Below are positions 20,339-29,476 of a stretch of 64,000 nucleotides of DNA, piece after piece. The position numbers and the translations under genes were made by a program. The DNA comes from Vampirovibrionaceae bacterium NZW_1234. GTDB lineage: Bacteria > Cyanobacteriota > Vampirovibrionia > Vampirovibrionales > JAGQHJ01. Positions within the stretch are counted from its first letter, which is position 1; each line of letters starts with the position of its first letter. The DNA lies in contig JBGUGD010000004.1 in assembly GCA_041697335.1 (NCBI GenBank), forward strand, positions 32,001 to 96,000, written 5' to 3'. The notes beneath the pieces are model-generated. The model saw only the letters and a list, made by a program, of their open reading frames with translations. It was not told the origin of the DNA and did not search any database.

Positions 20339-20683
20339 TTAGAACCCAAATAAATTTCTAAAGTTTTGCACACCCCGGTTCATCGCATTTCCTTGTGCCC
20401 CTGCAGCGAATGCTCCTACTTGAAGACCTGGCGCCAGAATTTGAAGTGCTGGCGCTAAAGGCCCTGCAGCCTGGTTTAGGTTGTTAACGGCTTGCTGACC
20501 GGCATTGATGTCACTGCGGATATTGTTAACAGCGTTTTGACCTGCCTGGTCAATGGCGGCACCGGCTCGTTGGAATGGTCCTGGTGCGGGTTGAATGGGT
20601 ACCATGGGTTTGGGCTTTACTTTTTTTCCTGCGACAGCAGCTCCCGCTGCCCCACCTATACCGGCAGCAACTCCTCCAAACAT
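20339..20683 (-). CDS. Small Gly/Ala/Gln/Asn-rich hypothetical protein
   Basis: GGGAGG RBS, AT-rich upstream region and a downstream hairpin. Confidence 0.75.
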   Translation of the reverse strand: MFGGVAAGIGGAAGAAVAGKKVKPKPMVPIQPAPGPFQRAGAAIDQAGQNAVNNIRSDINAGQQAVNNLNQAAGPLAPALQILAPGLQVGAFAAGAQGNAMNRGVQNFRNLFGF

Positions 20684-20881
20684 AGAAACCTCCCTCTTTA
20701 CATATTTTCCTCTTCACAACACAATCCCATTTACGTTGACTAAGATGGGATACAAGCATAAACGCTGGTTTTTAATTTTTTTAGACCCCTTTTCAATAGG
20801 TTGATTCTATTATGATAGGTCCCTTTGTTCACTTGAGAGGGTTTCTTTTTTTAAGGGATGTGTTTTGTAATGTAACATGCC

Positions 20882-21844
20882 TCATCGAATCGAAGAAAAT
20901 TGTTGGCCGCGTCGCAACAAAAATGACGCAAGCAAACGGCTCAGGCTTGCCGGTTTACAGCAGAGCCGGGGGAGATTCAGCTGAACCTGATAGTCTGGAT
21001 CACACGTGGCTACGCGAATATGGTGAAAACTCTGAGCCAATACAGTACCTGAGGCTTTTAATGAATCACGGGATTTAGTGTGAGTTAGGCGGCCAGAGGC
21101 GAATTCAAACAATCGGCCTTTAATGCAGCCGCGAATGGGGAACCATGGATAAAGCGCTCGCAAATACCGATCCATGTCACCTGGATCCATGCCCCAATTG
21201 AGTTCTCCGAGATTGTGTGGAAGCCGATCATAGGACCCGCTGCCAGGGGGTTGTTGCGTAAGGATTAGGGTATCTGAGGCCCATTGTTCTAACAATTCTT
21301 TGACCGAGAGTCGCGCTTCTCGGGCTGCTTTATCTCGCAGGCTTCCGCCTGTGTCAATCGTCTCAATGGCATAGGCACGCTGCAGAAGAATAGGGCCCGT
21401 ATCAATGCCTTGATCCATCAGATGATACGTGATGCCGGTTTGTGATTCATTGGCAAGGAGAACCGCTGTATAAGGGTTTGCTCCTCGGTGATAGGGCAGT
21501 AAGGAGGGATGACAATTGATAAATTGAATCTCAGGTATGGCTAAGACATGGGGTTGAATGATTTCTCCCCAGGAGCCGACGAGAACCAGATCAGGCTGAA
21601 GCTGTTCTAATTGTCGGATGAACTCAAAGTGATTAACGCTTGGAGCTTGGATGACCGGAAGATGATGTTTCTGCAGGAACCATCGAAAGGCTTGTTCACT
21701 GGACTCTCGAGCATAATAGCGCTCATCAGGATGCAAGGACCAAGGGAAAACACCGACCAAGGTTGCTAGCTGCGGGTGTTCCAAAATGCCTTGAGTTAAA
21801 GCCAATCCCATGGGACCATAACCCAATACCAAAACCCGGATCAC
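20882..21844 (-). CDS. Formyltransferase (Fmt/ArnA-N family)
   Basis: INCHPSLLPYHRGANP, GITYH and D.GIDTG motifs. Confidence 0.85.
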   Translation of the reverse strand: MIRVLVLGYGPMGLALTQGILEHPQLATLVGVFPWSLHPDERYYARESSEQAFRWFLQKHHLPVIQAPSVNHFEFIRQLEQLQPDLVLVGSWGEIIQPHVLAIPEIQFINCHPSLLPYHRGANPYTAVLLANESQTGITYHLMDQGIDTGPILLQRAYAIETIDTGGSLRDKAAREARLSVKELLEQWASDTLILTQQPPGSGSYDRLPHNLGELNWGMDPGDMDRYLRALYPWFPIRGCIKGRLFEFASGRLTHTKSRDSLKASGTVLAQSFHHIRVATCDPDYQVQLNLPRLCCKPASLSRLLASFLLRRGQQFSSIR

Positions 21845-21853
21845 GATGACCTG

Positions 21854-22675
21854 CTATTTTTTCTGCCAGGGAATGGCAAATTCAAGCTTCATTGAAATGA
21901 AATCAGGATTCATATCGGACATTCCTTGTGCAGACTCGCTGATAGGGGTAAGCGTAATACGCGTAATCATGATCAGTTCTCGCATCTTAGAGAGGTCATG
22001 AATAAACTGCGCCAAGGTGACGTAGGAGCCCTTCAGGTTTAAAACGTACTGGAAGGCGTTCATTTGAGCTTTGGTGTCAGAACCACTGGCCCCAGGTGCA
22101 GGGGTGGAGGGAATGACGGTTGGGGGGGCGTCTGCGGGTGTTGGTCCGGCAGGGGCATCTGCAGGTTTCGGAGCGGTGTTTGAACCTGGAATGGAGATGG
22201 GAAGATTGACGGATTCATCCACATTCAGAACAGTGGGCTCAATGGGTTGCAAATTGACGTAGACATTTTCTGTCTTTTCGCTGAGCTCCACCACTTTTTG
22301 AGCCACTTTAATCATGATCAATTCGGGAGAGTCACCCTCTTTGACTTTAACGGATTGGGTCGAAAATTTGCTGAGCTCCTCAGAGATGCGACGTAACTTA
22401 TTCTCTTCAATTGCCAGGCCTTTTTTACTTTCCTGCAACTTTTGGTTTGACGCAACTGTGGAAAAATACGTGCCGAACTTTTCGGGCAAACTGGTAAAAA
22501 TACTGGAGATGGCAAAGATGACAAAGGCAATACCGGCGAGGGCTTTAATATTAAAAAGATAAGGCCGTATCTCAGAAAAACTGAAACTGGTGCTCGACAG
22601 ATCCAACTCGTTTAAATTCAACTGTTGGGGGAGCGCTTTGAGATCCAGGTTTTTCAAGTCAACATTTAAGGCCAT
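21854..22675 (-). CDS. PilO-like type IV pilus assembly protein
   Basis: Single TM, coiled coil, C-terminal L.G.Y..LAQF...L; follows a PilM/N-like gene. Confidence 0.65.
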   Translation of the reverse strand: MALNVDLKNLDLKALPQQLNLNELDLSSTSFSFSEIRPYLFNIKALAGIAFVIFAISSIFTSLPEKFGTYFSTVASNQKLQESKKGLAIEENKLRRISEELSKFSTQSVKVKEGDSPELIMIKVAQKVVELSEKTENVYVNLQPIEPTVLNVDESVNLPISIPGSNTAPKPADAPAGPTPADAPPTVIPSTPAPGASGSDTKAQMNAFQYVLNLKGSYVTLAQFIHDLSKMRELIMITRITLTPISESAQGMSDMNPDFISMKLEFAIPWQKK

Positions 22676-22677
22676 GG

Positions 22678-24150
22678 CTACGGGCTCCCAGCAGATCGTT
22701 GGGCACTGGGCGAACTGATAAGGGTGTAATCAAAATAGCGTTGATCATCTTGTTGTTTGGGTGTCACTGTGGGAGTTATGGGGGATGTGGGAAGTTCGTT
22801 GTTCAACTCTTTTACAAAGGCATTGAGCGGATCGGGGGTTAGGGTGGAGCCATTGATGTTGACTTCTATCGACTTGAGATCCGTAGCGGATTTAATGACA
22901 GATTCCTTTAACCAGGCATCGGCAGGGAGGGACTTGTAGATTTTAATAACAAGATTGCTGATTCGGTAGTTCTGATAGACAGCTTGCTTGATATAAAGTT
23001 TGCGCTTGATTTCAGGCACAATCGAGAGATTATTGAGTGCAGTATTAATATCGCCTTGGAGAACGGCTGTTTTCGCATTTTCATTTTGGGTAAAGTAGTC
23101 CAGCAGGCTGCCAATACCCATTTGGATGAGAAAAATAATGGCGCCTAAACCAATTAAACAATAGGCAATCAAGTTCTTCCGGCCTTCGTCCACCAGGTTA
23201 TCCATGGCGTTGGGATCAGCCATTTCCATGGCAGGTACTTCGGCAAAAGCGCGTACCAAGGCTCCTCCCACAGCTTCCAAAGTGCAGGGAAAAGCTGCAT
23301 CTTCGGCGCCACGGGAAGTTAATGTCGCATCGTTCTGATCAAAAAAGTCGGTAATTCCCTGAAACCCTAGCTTTTCAGCCAGTGTGGGGCTATAAATTTT
23401 CAGAGAGTTATTGACGATAACAATGCGGCTTAAGACCTCGAAACCAAAAAACTCTTGGAAATCGGCTTTAACTTCTGAGAGTAAGGCATCTTCTTCTGTA
23501 TTTTGGAGTGAGACTGGAGCTTCCAGGGTTTTCTCGATTAAGGAGCCTTCCACAATAGACATGAAGATGTTGTAGTCACTAATGATTAAAACACCCCATT
23601 TCAGCTGGTTTGCAATCTCTTGCTGAACAACCCCCATCGCAACCAGGCCACGAATGGTGGCGGTGTAATTACAATCGATAGATACCAAGGGAATTTTGAG
23701 ATCAATAAAGGCGTTTCGAATAATGTCCAATGTGAGTTTGGGATAGGCTGTATACAAAATCTGGTTATTTTTGATGGCACAATAACCAATATCGGGGTCC
23801 ACTTTTTTAAAGACATAAAACCGCTCAGCCTCACTCACCAGAATGGTTGTTAAGTCCTCACCAAGCAGATCGTCAGGAATCGAGTACTGGCGTGTAAAAA
23901 AGCTGGGAAATACCAGTGACGTGGGTGTGCGATAGGGAATTTTATTGCGATCGAACAAGCGTTTAATAACGGTTTTAAATTGTTCATCATCTTCCAGAAA
24001 TTCACGAGTAGAAGGATCAAAGAGGAACTCTTCGGAATCCATATGCTCAAAGCTGGATTTTTGAATATCATATTGCAGCAGTTCCAAGTGGCTCATGGAG
24101 GCCAGGATATTGATGCAGATGTTTGCTGTTTTCGGGGCTTTCATTGGCAA
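22678..24150 (-). CDS. PilM/PilN-like fusion protein
   Basis: Large cytoplasmic domain, one TM near residue 330, C-terminal PilN-like LP.DAWL...I.G segment. Confidence 0.6.
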   Translation of the reverse strand: MPMKAPKTANICINILASMSHLELLQYDIQKSSFEHMDSEEFLFDPSTREFLEDDEQFKTVIKRLFDRNKIPYRTPTSLVFPSFFTRQYSIPDDLLGEDLTTILVSEAERFYVFKKVDPDIGYCAIKNNQILYTAYPKLTLDIIRNAFIDLKIPLVSIDCNYTATIRGLVAMGVVQQEIANQLKWGVLIISDYNIFMSIVEGSLIEKTLEAPVSLQNTEEDALLSEVKADFQEFFGFEVLSRIVIVNNSLKIYSPTLAEKLGFQGITDFFDQNDATLTSRGAEDAAFPCTLEAVGGALVRAFAEVPAMEMADPNAMDNLVDEGRKNLIAYCLIGLGAIIFLIQMGIGSLLDYFTQNENAKTAVLQGDINTALNNLSIVPEIKRKLYIKQAVYQNYRISNLVIKIYKSLPADAWLKESVIKSATDLKSIEVNINGSTLTPDPLNAFVKELNNELPTSPITPTVTPKQQDDQRYFDYTLISSPSAQRSAGSP

Positions 24151-24215
24151 AGAAGCTCAACTTGAGGGGTATTAACCAAGAGGATGGCGATGGACTGAAT
24201 CCAGGTATAATGAGG

Positions 24216-24812
24216 TCATCGGGTATTTTCTCCCAGGATACGCTCCACGGCTTCAACGATATCTCGACAGACCAGGTAGGGTTTGACCGTTAATTCCTGG
24301 TAGGTCCCTTGAAGAACCTGCTCGCCATATCCTGTACGAAGCAATATGCCTTTGCAGCCAGCATTTTTTGCAAATTCGACATCGGTTGCTTTGTCTCCCA
24401 AAACATAAGATTGAGCGAGATCAATATCGGGAAAAAGCTTTAATGCTTCCTCAATCATACCCGTATGGGGTTTACGGCAGGTGCAGTCTTTAGAGTATTC
24501 AGCGACACTCCCATGGGGAAGATGGGGACAATAAAAAGATGCATCCAGCCAGGCGTTTGCCTCAGTTTGTAACAATTCAGCCAGTCGGCTATTAAGCTTC
24601 AAAACATGATCCTCGTTGTAATAGCCTCTTGCGGGGCCGGATTGGTTTGTGGTGAGAATCGTATAAATATTGGCATCGTTGAGTTTGCCAATAGCCGTGG
24701 CGGCACCGGAAATTAAACGCAAATCAGCGACATTGGTAATATAACCAATCTCTTCATTAATCGTTCCGTCTCGATCCAGGAAAACTGCAATAGCCATAGG
24801 TTTATTATACAA
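24216..24812 (-). CDS. gmhB: D,D-heptose 1,7-bisphosphate phosphatase family HAD hydrolase
   Basis: FLDRDGTIN, TNQSG, CPH, C.CRKP and GDK..D motifs. Confidence 0.9.
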   Translation of the reverse strand: MYNKPMAIAVFLDRDGTINEEIGYITNVADLRLISGAATAIGKLNDANIYTILTTNQSGPARGYYNEDHVLKLNSRLAELLQTEANAWLDASFYCPHLPHGSVAEYSKDCTCRKPHTGMIEEALKLFPDIDLAQSYVLGDKATDVEFAKNAGCKGILLRTGYGEQVLQGTYQELTVKPYLVCRDIVEAVERILGENTR

Positions 24813-25005
24813 TTTGGTTGCTATAACGGGCTACAAAATCATTAATTTAATGGAGTTGTGCCTCTTTCTTGAGTAAAAATCAGTTGTTTCTGGTATGGAT
24901 ACGCTCTAGGACCTTTGGTATGAGGCTTTAACCTTCATGGCACATTTTGATAGGGCGATGTTTTTATACCTATAGTATCGAGGAAGGGGCCAGGCCAAAG
25001 TTCAT

Positions 25006-26496
25006 ATGGGGATTTCACGACCAAATCACTTTTACCCGGGCGTGCATGCTTACCAGCCATATCAACCGGCTCAGACCGGCTCTCTGATGATGGCATCGCC
25101 TGTCGTGCAGACAAGTCCTGGAGGGCTTGCCCCATGGCAACGGCCACCGATGTTGGTCACCAGTATGGTATCGCCGGAAGGCTATCCTATTTATCAATAC
25201 ACATTAAGTAATGGACATCGCCTCATTGTGGAACAGCGTCCAACCGATGTCGTTAGCTTGAGGACCTTTGTGAATGCGGGTTCCATTTATGAAGCTCCCG
25301 TCTATAAAAGTCTATTATATAGCCCTCGAGGCCTCCCCTCCGGAATTGCTCACCTGGATGAGCATTGCCACTTCCTTCGGTCTCAGAATTTCGGTAAAAA
25401 CCAATGGGCTGAAACGGTAGATCGTTCAGGCGCAAACTTTAATGCCTCTACTGATAGTGAAATGATTCAACACGAGCTGGTCTTCAATCGAGAAGATTTG
25501 CCCAAAATGCTTTCGCTCCACGCTGAATCGGTTTTACGGCCCGTGTATCGAGAGGACGAACTGACCCAGGAAAAAAAGAACGTCATCAATGAAATGGGCC
25601 AACGGATGAACATTCCTGAGGCTAAGGTTCTGAGTAAGCTCTATGAATTGATGTTTGACCGTCCGATTTTCCAAACACTGGGGCGGGTTGAAGATGTGCA
25701 GCAAACCACCGCAGCTCAGCTTGAGCAGTTCCATCAAATGTATTACACGCCCACCAATATGGTCACTGTCGTTTCAGGGCGCGTCGATCCGTCAATGGTG
25801 CTTGGCCACATCAACCGGGAATTTGGAAGTGTTCCACCCCGCATACAGCCTGAACCTCCTCGTGCCATGCAGCAGGCGATAAGGCCCGGTGAAGTTCGTT
25901 ATGCGACGGTCCATGATTCCCAGTTGACTTACAGTGTGGTCAATTTAGCGTTTCCGGCACCCCCTCGAAGTCATCTTAAGGAACGTGTTGCCATGGAGAT
26001 GATAGGCACCCTCTTAGGGAACGGTCCTACATCTATGCTGGAAACCGAAGTGCAGAACCAAAAACGTCTGGTGAATCAGATTGGCGTAGAATATTCGCCC
26101 ATGAAAGCTGCTGGAATCTTTGGTATTTCTCTGGTTACCTCGCCTGGCCAAGAGCAACAAGCCTTGGGAGCCACCTTGGGTGTTGTTTCGCGTCTTTCCC
26201 AGTGGATGGTGATGCCGCAAAAGTTGGAGGAAATCAAACAAAACCTAATTTTCAAGTTTAAGAGTGATCGCAGTCATGTGGAAACATCCACGATGATGTT
26301 GGGTGAAGAAACGCTTCATCAGAGTATGCCTTATTGCCTCCAATATGAGCAGATTGTGAATAGTATTACTCCAGCCGATCTTATTCAGACAGCGCAAAAG
26401 TACTTAAATCCCAGTACCTACGCCGTGGTGTTTGGTATTCCGGGTCAAACTGCCGCAACAGGGCAAGCTGGCACTGGGAAAGGAAAGGCCGCTTGA
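25006..26496 (+). CDS. M16 family zinc peptidase, catalytic subunit
   Basis: GIAHLDEH (HxxEH), NAST, EK.NVINE and YYTPTNM motifs; ~55-aa Pro/Gln-rich N-terminal extension. Confidence 0.88.
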   Translation: MGISRPNHFYPGVHAYQPYQPAQTGSLMMASPVVQTSPGGLAPWQRPPMLVTSMVSPEGYPIYQYTLSNGHRLIVEQRPTDVVSLRTFVNAGSIYEAPVYKSLLYSPRGLPSGIAHLDEHCHFLRSQNFGKNQWAETVDRSGANFNASTDSEMIQHELVFNREDLPKMLSLHAESVLRPVYREDELTQEKKNVINEMGQRMNIPEAKVLSKLYELMFDRPIFQTLGRVEDVQQTTAAQLEQFHQMYYTPTNMVTVVSGRVDPSMVLGHINREFGSVPPRIQPEPPRAMQQAIRPGEVRYATVHDSQLTYSVVNLAFPAPPRSHLKERVAMEMIGTLLGNGPTSMLETEVQNQKRLVNQIGVEYSPMKAAGIFGISLVTSPGQEQQALGATLGVVSRLSQWMVMPQKLEEIKQNLIFKFKSDRSHVETSTMMLGEETLHQSMPYCLQYEQIVNSITPADLIQTAQKYLNPSTYAVVFGIPGQTAATGQAGTGKGKAA

Positions 26497-27899
26497 TGAC
26501 GAATCTATGGATGCCCAATGCCGTGAGCTTTCCAGGCTATACCATGCCGGTTCTCTCAGGGGGCATGGCATCTCAGCCTCTCATGACATCATCCATGTCT
26601 TCGCCTGAGATTGGGATGCCGCTGTTTAATCGTATGGTCAATGGTGCTACCGGTTATTTTCAGCAGGTTTCGGGAAAACAACGCAGTCAAGTGTCAATCT
26701 ACCTGCCCATGGGGCACACTGTTTCTACTGCTCGGACGCTTTTGTCGGGATTACTGCTTTCGGGCTCTGAAGCGACCAAGGCCTTTGTTACGCAATGCCA
26801 GTCGCGAGGGATTGATATTGGGGCTGGACCTGCCGGAGACAAGTTTCAGTTGACCGTGTCTGGTCCTGCAGGCCAGGAGAACGACTTGGTCAATGTGGCC
26901 ATGCAGCTTCTGACCCGGCCTGTTGTGGACCCACATACCTTTAATGTTTTAAAAGAGGACACCATCAAAAATGTTCAGAATGGGCAGTCAGATCCTCATG
27001 TTCCCTTGGGTGAGGCTGTTTTAAAGAAACTGTATGGCACCAATCATCCCTATGCCAAGGACAGTGCAACCATGATCCGAGAGTTAACCCAGTATAGTTT
27101 GGAAGCGGCCATGTCTGTATACCGCCAGGCTCTGGCTAATGTGGATCAGACATCACTCATCATGGTGTCTCCCCAGCCTGTTGAAACTCAACAAAATGCC
27201 CTCAATCAAGCTATTCAGGGATCAGGGTGGTTTTCGGATCCCTATCGACGGGGTCAAGCCATTCCGCCAACGCCGCCGGTATTTCCGGCAAGAGGCACTC
27301 AAGGACCGATTTTGGTTCCAAATGAAATGATTCCCCGGGCCCATATTCTTCAAGCTTGGCGGGCACCCTCACCAAACGATCCTGATTATCCTGCGTTTCG
27401 TCTTTTGCTGGAAATGCTTCGAGGTTTTTCAGGTGGGTTCTTCAAGGTGCTTAGAACCGAAAAAGGCTTAGTATATGGAACTCAGCAAAATTACAATCAG
27501 GATAAGCAGGGTTCCATGTACAGTGTGATTGCACAGGTTGATTTTGATAAGGTTGGCCCTGCCTTGCAGGGGATGCAACAGGTCATTCAGCAGGTTGTTC
27601 AAACCCCACCTTCAGAGTCAGAGCTGACTATGGCGAAGAAGAAGTACCTGCTGAATATGCGCACCGCCATGCAGACAACAGAAGGTGTCGCTTCCATTAG
27701 TGAGCATTGGCTTCAAAATGATCTCTACCCCCTTCATCCTTCAACGATTCAGCAGGCAATTGAGCGAATTACCGTGGCCGATATCCAGCGGGCTGCCAAC
27801 CGATTTCTAAATCCGGCCAACGGCTTTCAGGTTACCGGAGTCACCGCTCCGAAAGCGGTACTTTCGCAATGGTTCGGGCAACGATCGATACAAGGTTAA
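26493..27899 (+). CDS. M16 family peptidase, non-catalytic partner subunit
   Basis: LYGTNHPY, LRTEKGLVY and IT.ADIQRAA motifs; lacks HxxEH; overlaps the upstream stop. Confidence 0.82.
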   Translation: MMTNLWMPNAVSFPGYTMPVLSGGMASQPLMTSSMSSPEIGMPLFNRMVNGATGYFQQVSGKQRSQVSIYLPMGHTVSTARTLLSGLLLSGSEATKAFVTQCQSRGIDIGAGPAGDKFQLTVSGPAGQENDLVNVAMQLLTRPVVDPHTFNVLKEDTIKNVQNGQSDPHVPLGEAVLKKLYGTNHPYAKDSATMIRELTQYSLEAAMSVYRQALANVDQTSLIMVSPQPVETQQNALNQAIQGSGWFSDPYRRGQAIPPTPPVFPARGTQGPILVPNEMIPRAHILQAWRAPSPNDPDYPAFRLLLEMLRGFSGGFFKVLRTEKGLVYGTQQNYNQDKQGSMYSVIAQVDFDKVGPALQGMQQVIQQVVQTPPSESELTMAKKKYLLNMRTAMQTTEGVASISEHWLQNDLYPLHPSTIQQAIERITVADIQRAANRFLNPANGFQVTGVTAPKAVLSQWFGQRSIQG

Positions 27900-28380
27900 C
27901 CGTATTAAGGGAACCTTATATAAGGTAAGGCATTCATGGCTAACCGATGGGCAATCTCATCCAATCAGAATCCGTCTCCATATCGGTCTGTCATGAGAGG
28001 ATCTGTGAAGAGCTTCCAAAGAATGAATTCTTTCTCTATATAAAGGAAGAAAGAAACCTGAGGCGAGCGATGTCCTGCGTAGACATCCTGAGGATTCAAA
28101 TCTGAATGGCAATTTAAATGATAATGGGGTGTTTGGAGGAGAAAATCGGGGGTTTTGAAAAATTTTTTGAGCCAAATTGTGGCAGTGAAACCGTCCTCAA
28201 ATTTTAAGTATAAAAAAGTCTGGGTTGGTCTCGCTGTAAGGGTTTTAAGGTCTTGTGACGGGGAGGTGACAATGCTCGGGACCGATAAATTTTCGGGTAT
28301 TTCGAGGATAACTTGAAAAATTAGTACTTGCGTTTTGTAAGACAATCTCTATAATAGGGATTAAGTTAATTGGAAAGGAG

Positions 28381-28668
28381 GTGTCACTTATGAATAAAGA
28401 AGAATTAGTACAAGAGGTAGCAAAAAAGACGAAAGCATCCCAAAAGCAGGTTGCTGAAATCTTGACCACCGCTATCGACGTTATTGAGAAAACCGTTGCT
28501 AAAGGTAAAAAAGTTACCTTGGTTGGTTTTGGTACGTTCGAGCCTCGCAAGCGCGCTGCTCGCACCGGCCGTAACCCGCAAACCGGTAAAGAACTCAAAA
28601 TTCCCGCGAAAACTGTTCCGGCATTTTCTGCAGGTAAAAAATTCAAAGAACTCGTTTCCAAAAAGTAA
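28381..28668 (+). CDS. hup: DNA-binding protein HU
   Basis: MNKEELV, VTLVGFGTF, ARTGRNPQTG and PAFSAGK motifs. Confidence 0.97.
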   Translation: MSLMNKEELVQEVAKKTKASQKQVAEILTTAIDVIEKTVAKGKKVTLVGFGTFEPRKRAARTGRNPQTGKELKIPAKTVPAFSAGKKFKELVSKK

Positions 28669-28692
28669 TTACGAGTTCATCTTTAGTATTCT

Positions 28693-28730
28693 ACGGCCCG
28701 CTTCGGAAACGACAGCGGGTCGTTTATTTT
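28693..28730 (+). terminator. Rho-independent terminator after hup
   Basis: ACGGCCCGCT...AGCGGGTCGT stem followed by TTATTTT. Confidence 0.7.
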
Positions 28731-28801
28731 GTCCGTATGGTAATAAATGTATAAGCCGTCATCAGAGGTGACGGCTTGGCTTTTTTCAGATTGTCCAGGC
28801 A

Positions 28802-29476
28802 TTAATTGCAGAAGCGCACAATTTTTTTAATCGCCGTTTCGGCACGCAGACGAACGTCGGGTTCTGCTTCTTGACGGGCTTTGGCTAGGATTTCAAAAAC
28901 ATCATCGGATCCAAGACCAATTTCCCCTAAGGCCCAGATACAAAGGGCAATCACGGAAACGTTACTTTCACGACGGATTGCATCGACGAGGGCAGGGACA
29001 GAGTGGGATGAACCCAGTTCCCCTAACTGCCACGCGGCAATACAGCGTGCATCGTCTTCACCGTTGGATAACAAATCAATCAGGTAAGGTTCGGCCTTGC
29101 GACCTAGTTCTCCCAAGGCTTCCGAGGCACTCGCGAAAATGGTGTTATCCTTATCTTTGAGGGCCTGAATCAGCAGGGGAGCTGCGGCCTCTTCATGGGT
29201 CATACCCAGAGCGCAGACGACATAATTGCGCACAGTGGCATTTTTATCCCGACAATGCTGCTTTAAGATTTCAAAAGGTTTGTTTCCAGCAATTTTCCCT
29301 AGCGCCAAAGCAACCCCACTCCGGATATCCGGGTTATCGTCCTCATCCTGAAGGATCTCCTCAAAGAGGGGGAAGTACTTACTTTCAAATTGTTCGACAA
29401 TAAGCAATAATGCTTGGAGTCGGGCATCTGATGTTTGCGTTTTCTCTTTTAATATCTCAATTGCATCATTGATCAT
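28802..29476 (-). CDS. HEAT-repeat protein
   Basis: Repeated (V/I)R..A..ALG motifs. Confidence 0.85.
   Translation of the reverse strand: MINDAIEILKEKTQTSDARLQALLLIVEQFESKYFPLFEEILQDEDDNPDIRSGVALALGKIAGNKPFEILKQHCRDKNATVRNYVVCALGMTHEEAAAPLLIQALKDKDNTIFASASEALGELGRKAEPYLIDLLSNGEDDARCIAAWQLGELGSSHSVPALVDAIRRESNVSVIALCIWALGEIGLGSDDVFEILAKARQEAEPDVRLRAETAIKKIVRFCN

Noticed and set aside
27965..28345. 126-aa minus-strand ORF between the M16 pair and hup
   Set aside because: No clear start or RBS, overlaps the hup promoter region, and has no motif. A shorter real protein cannot be excluded.
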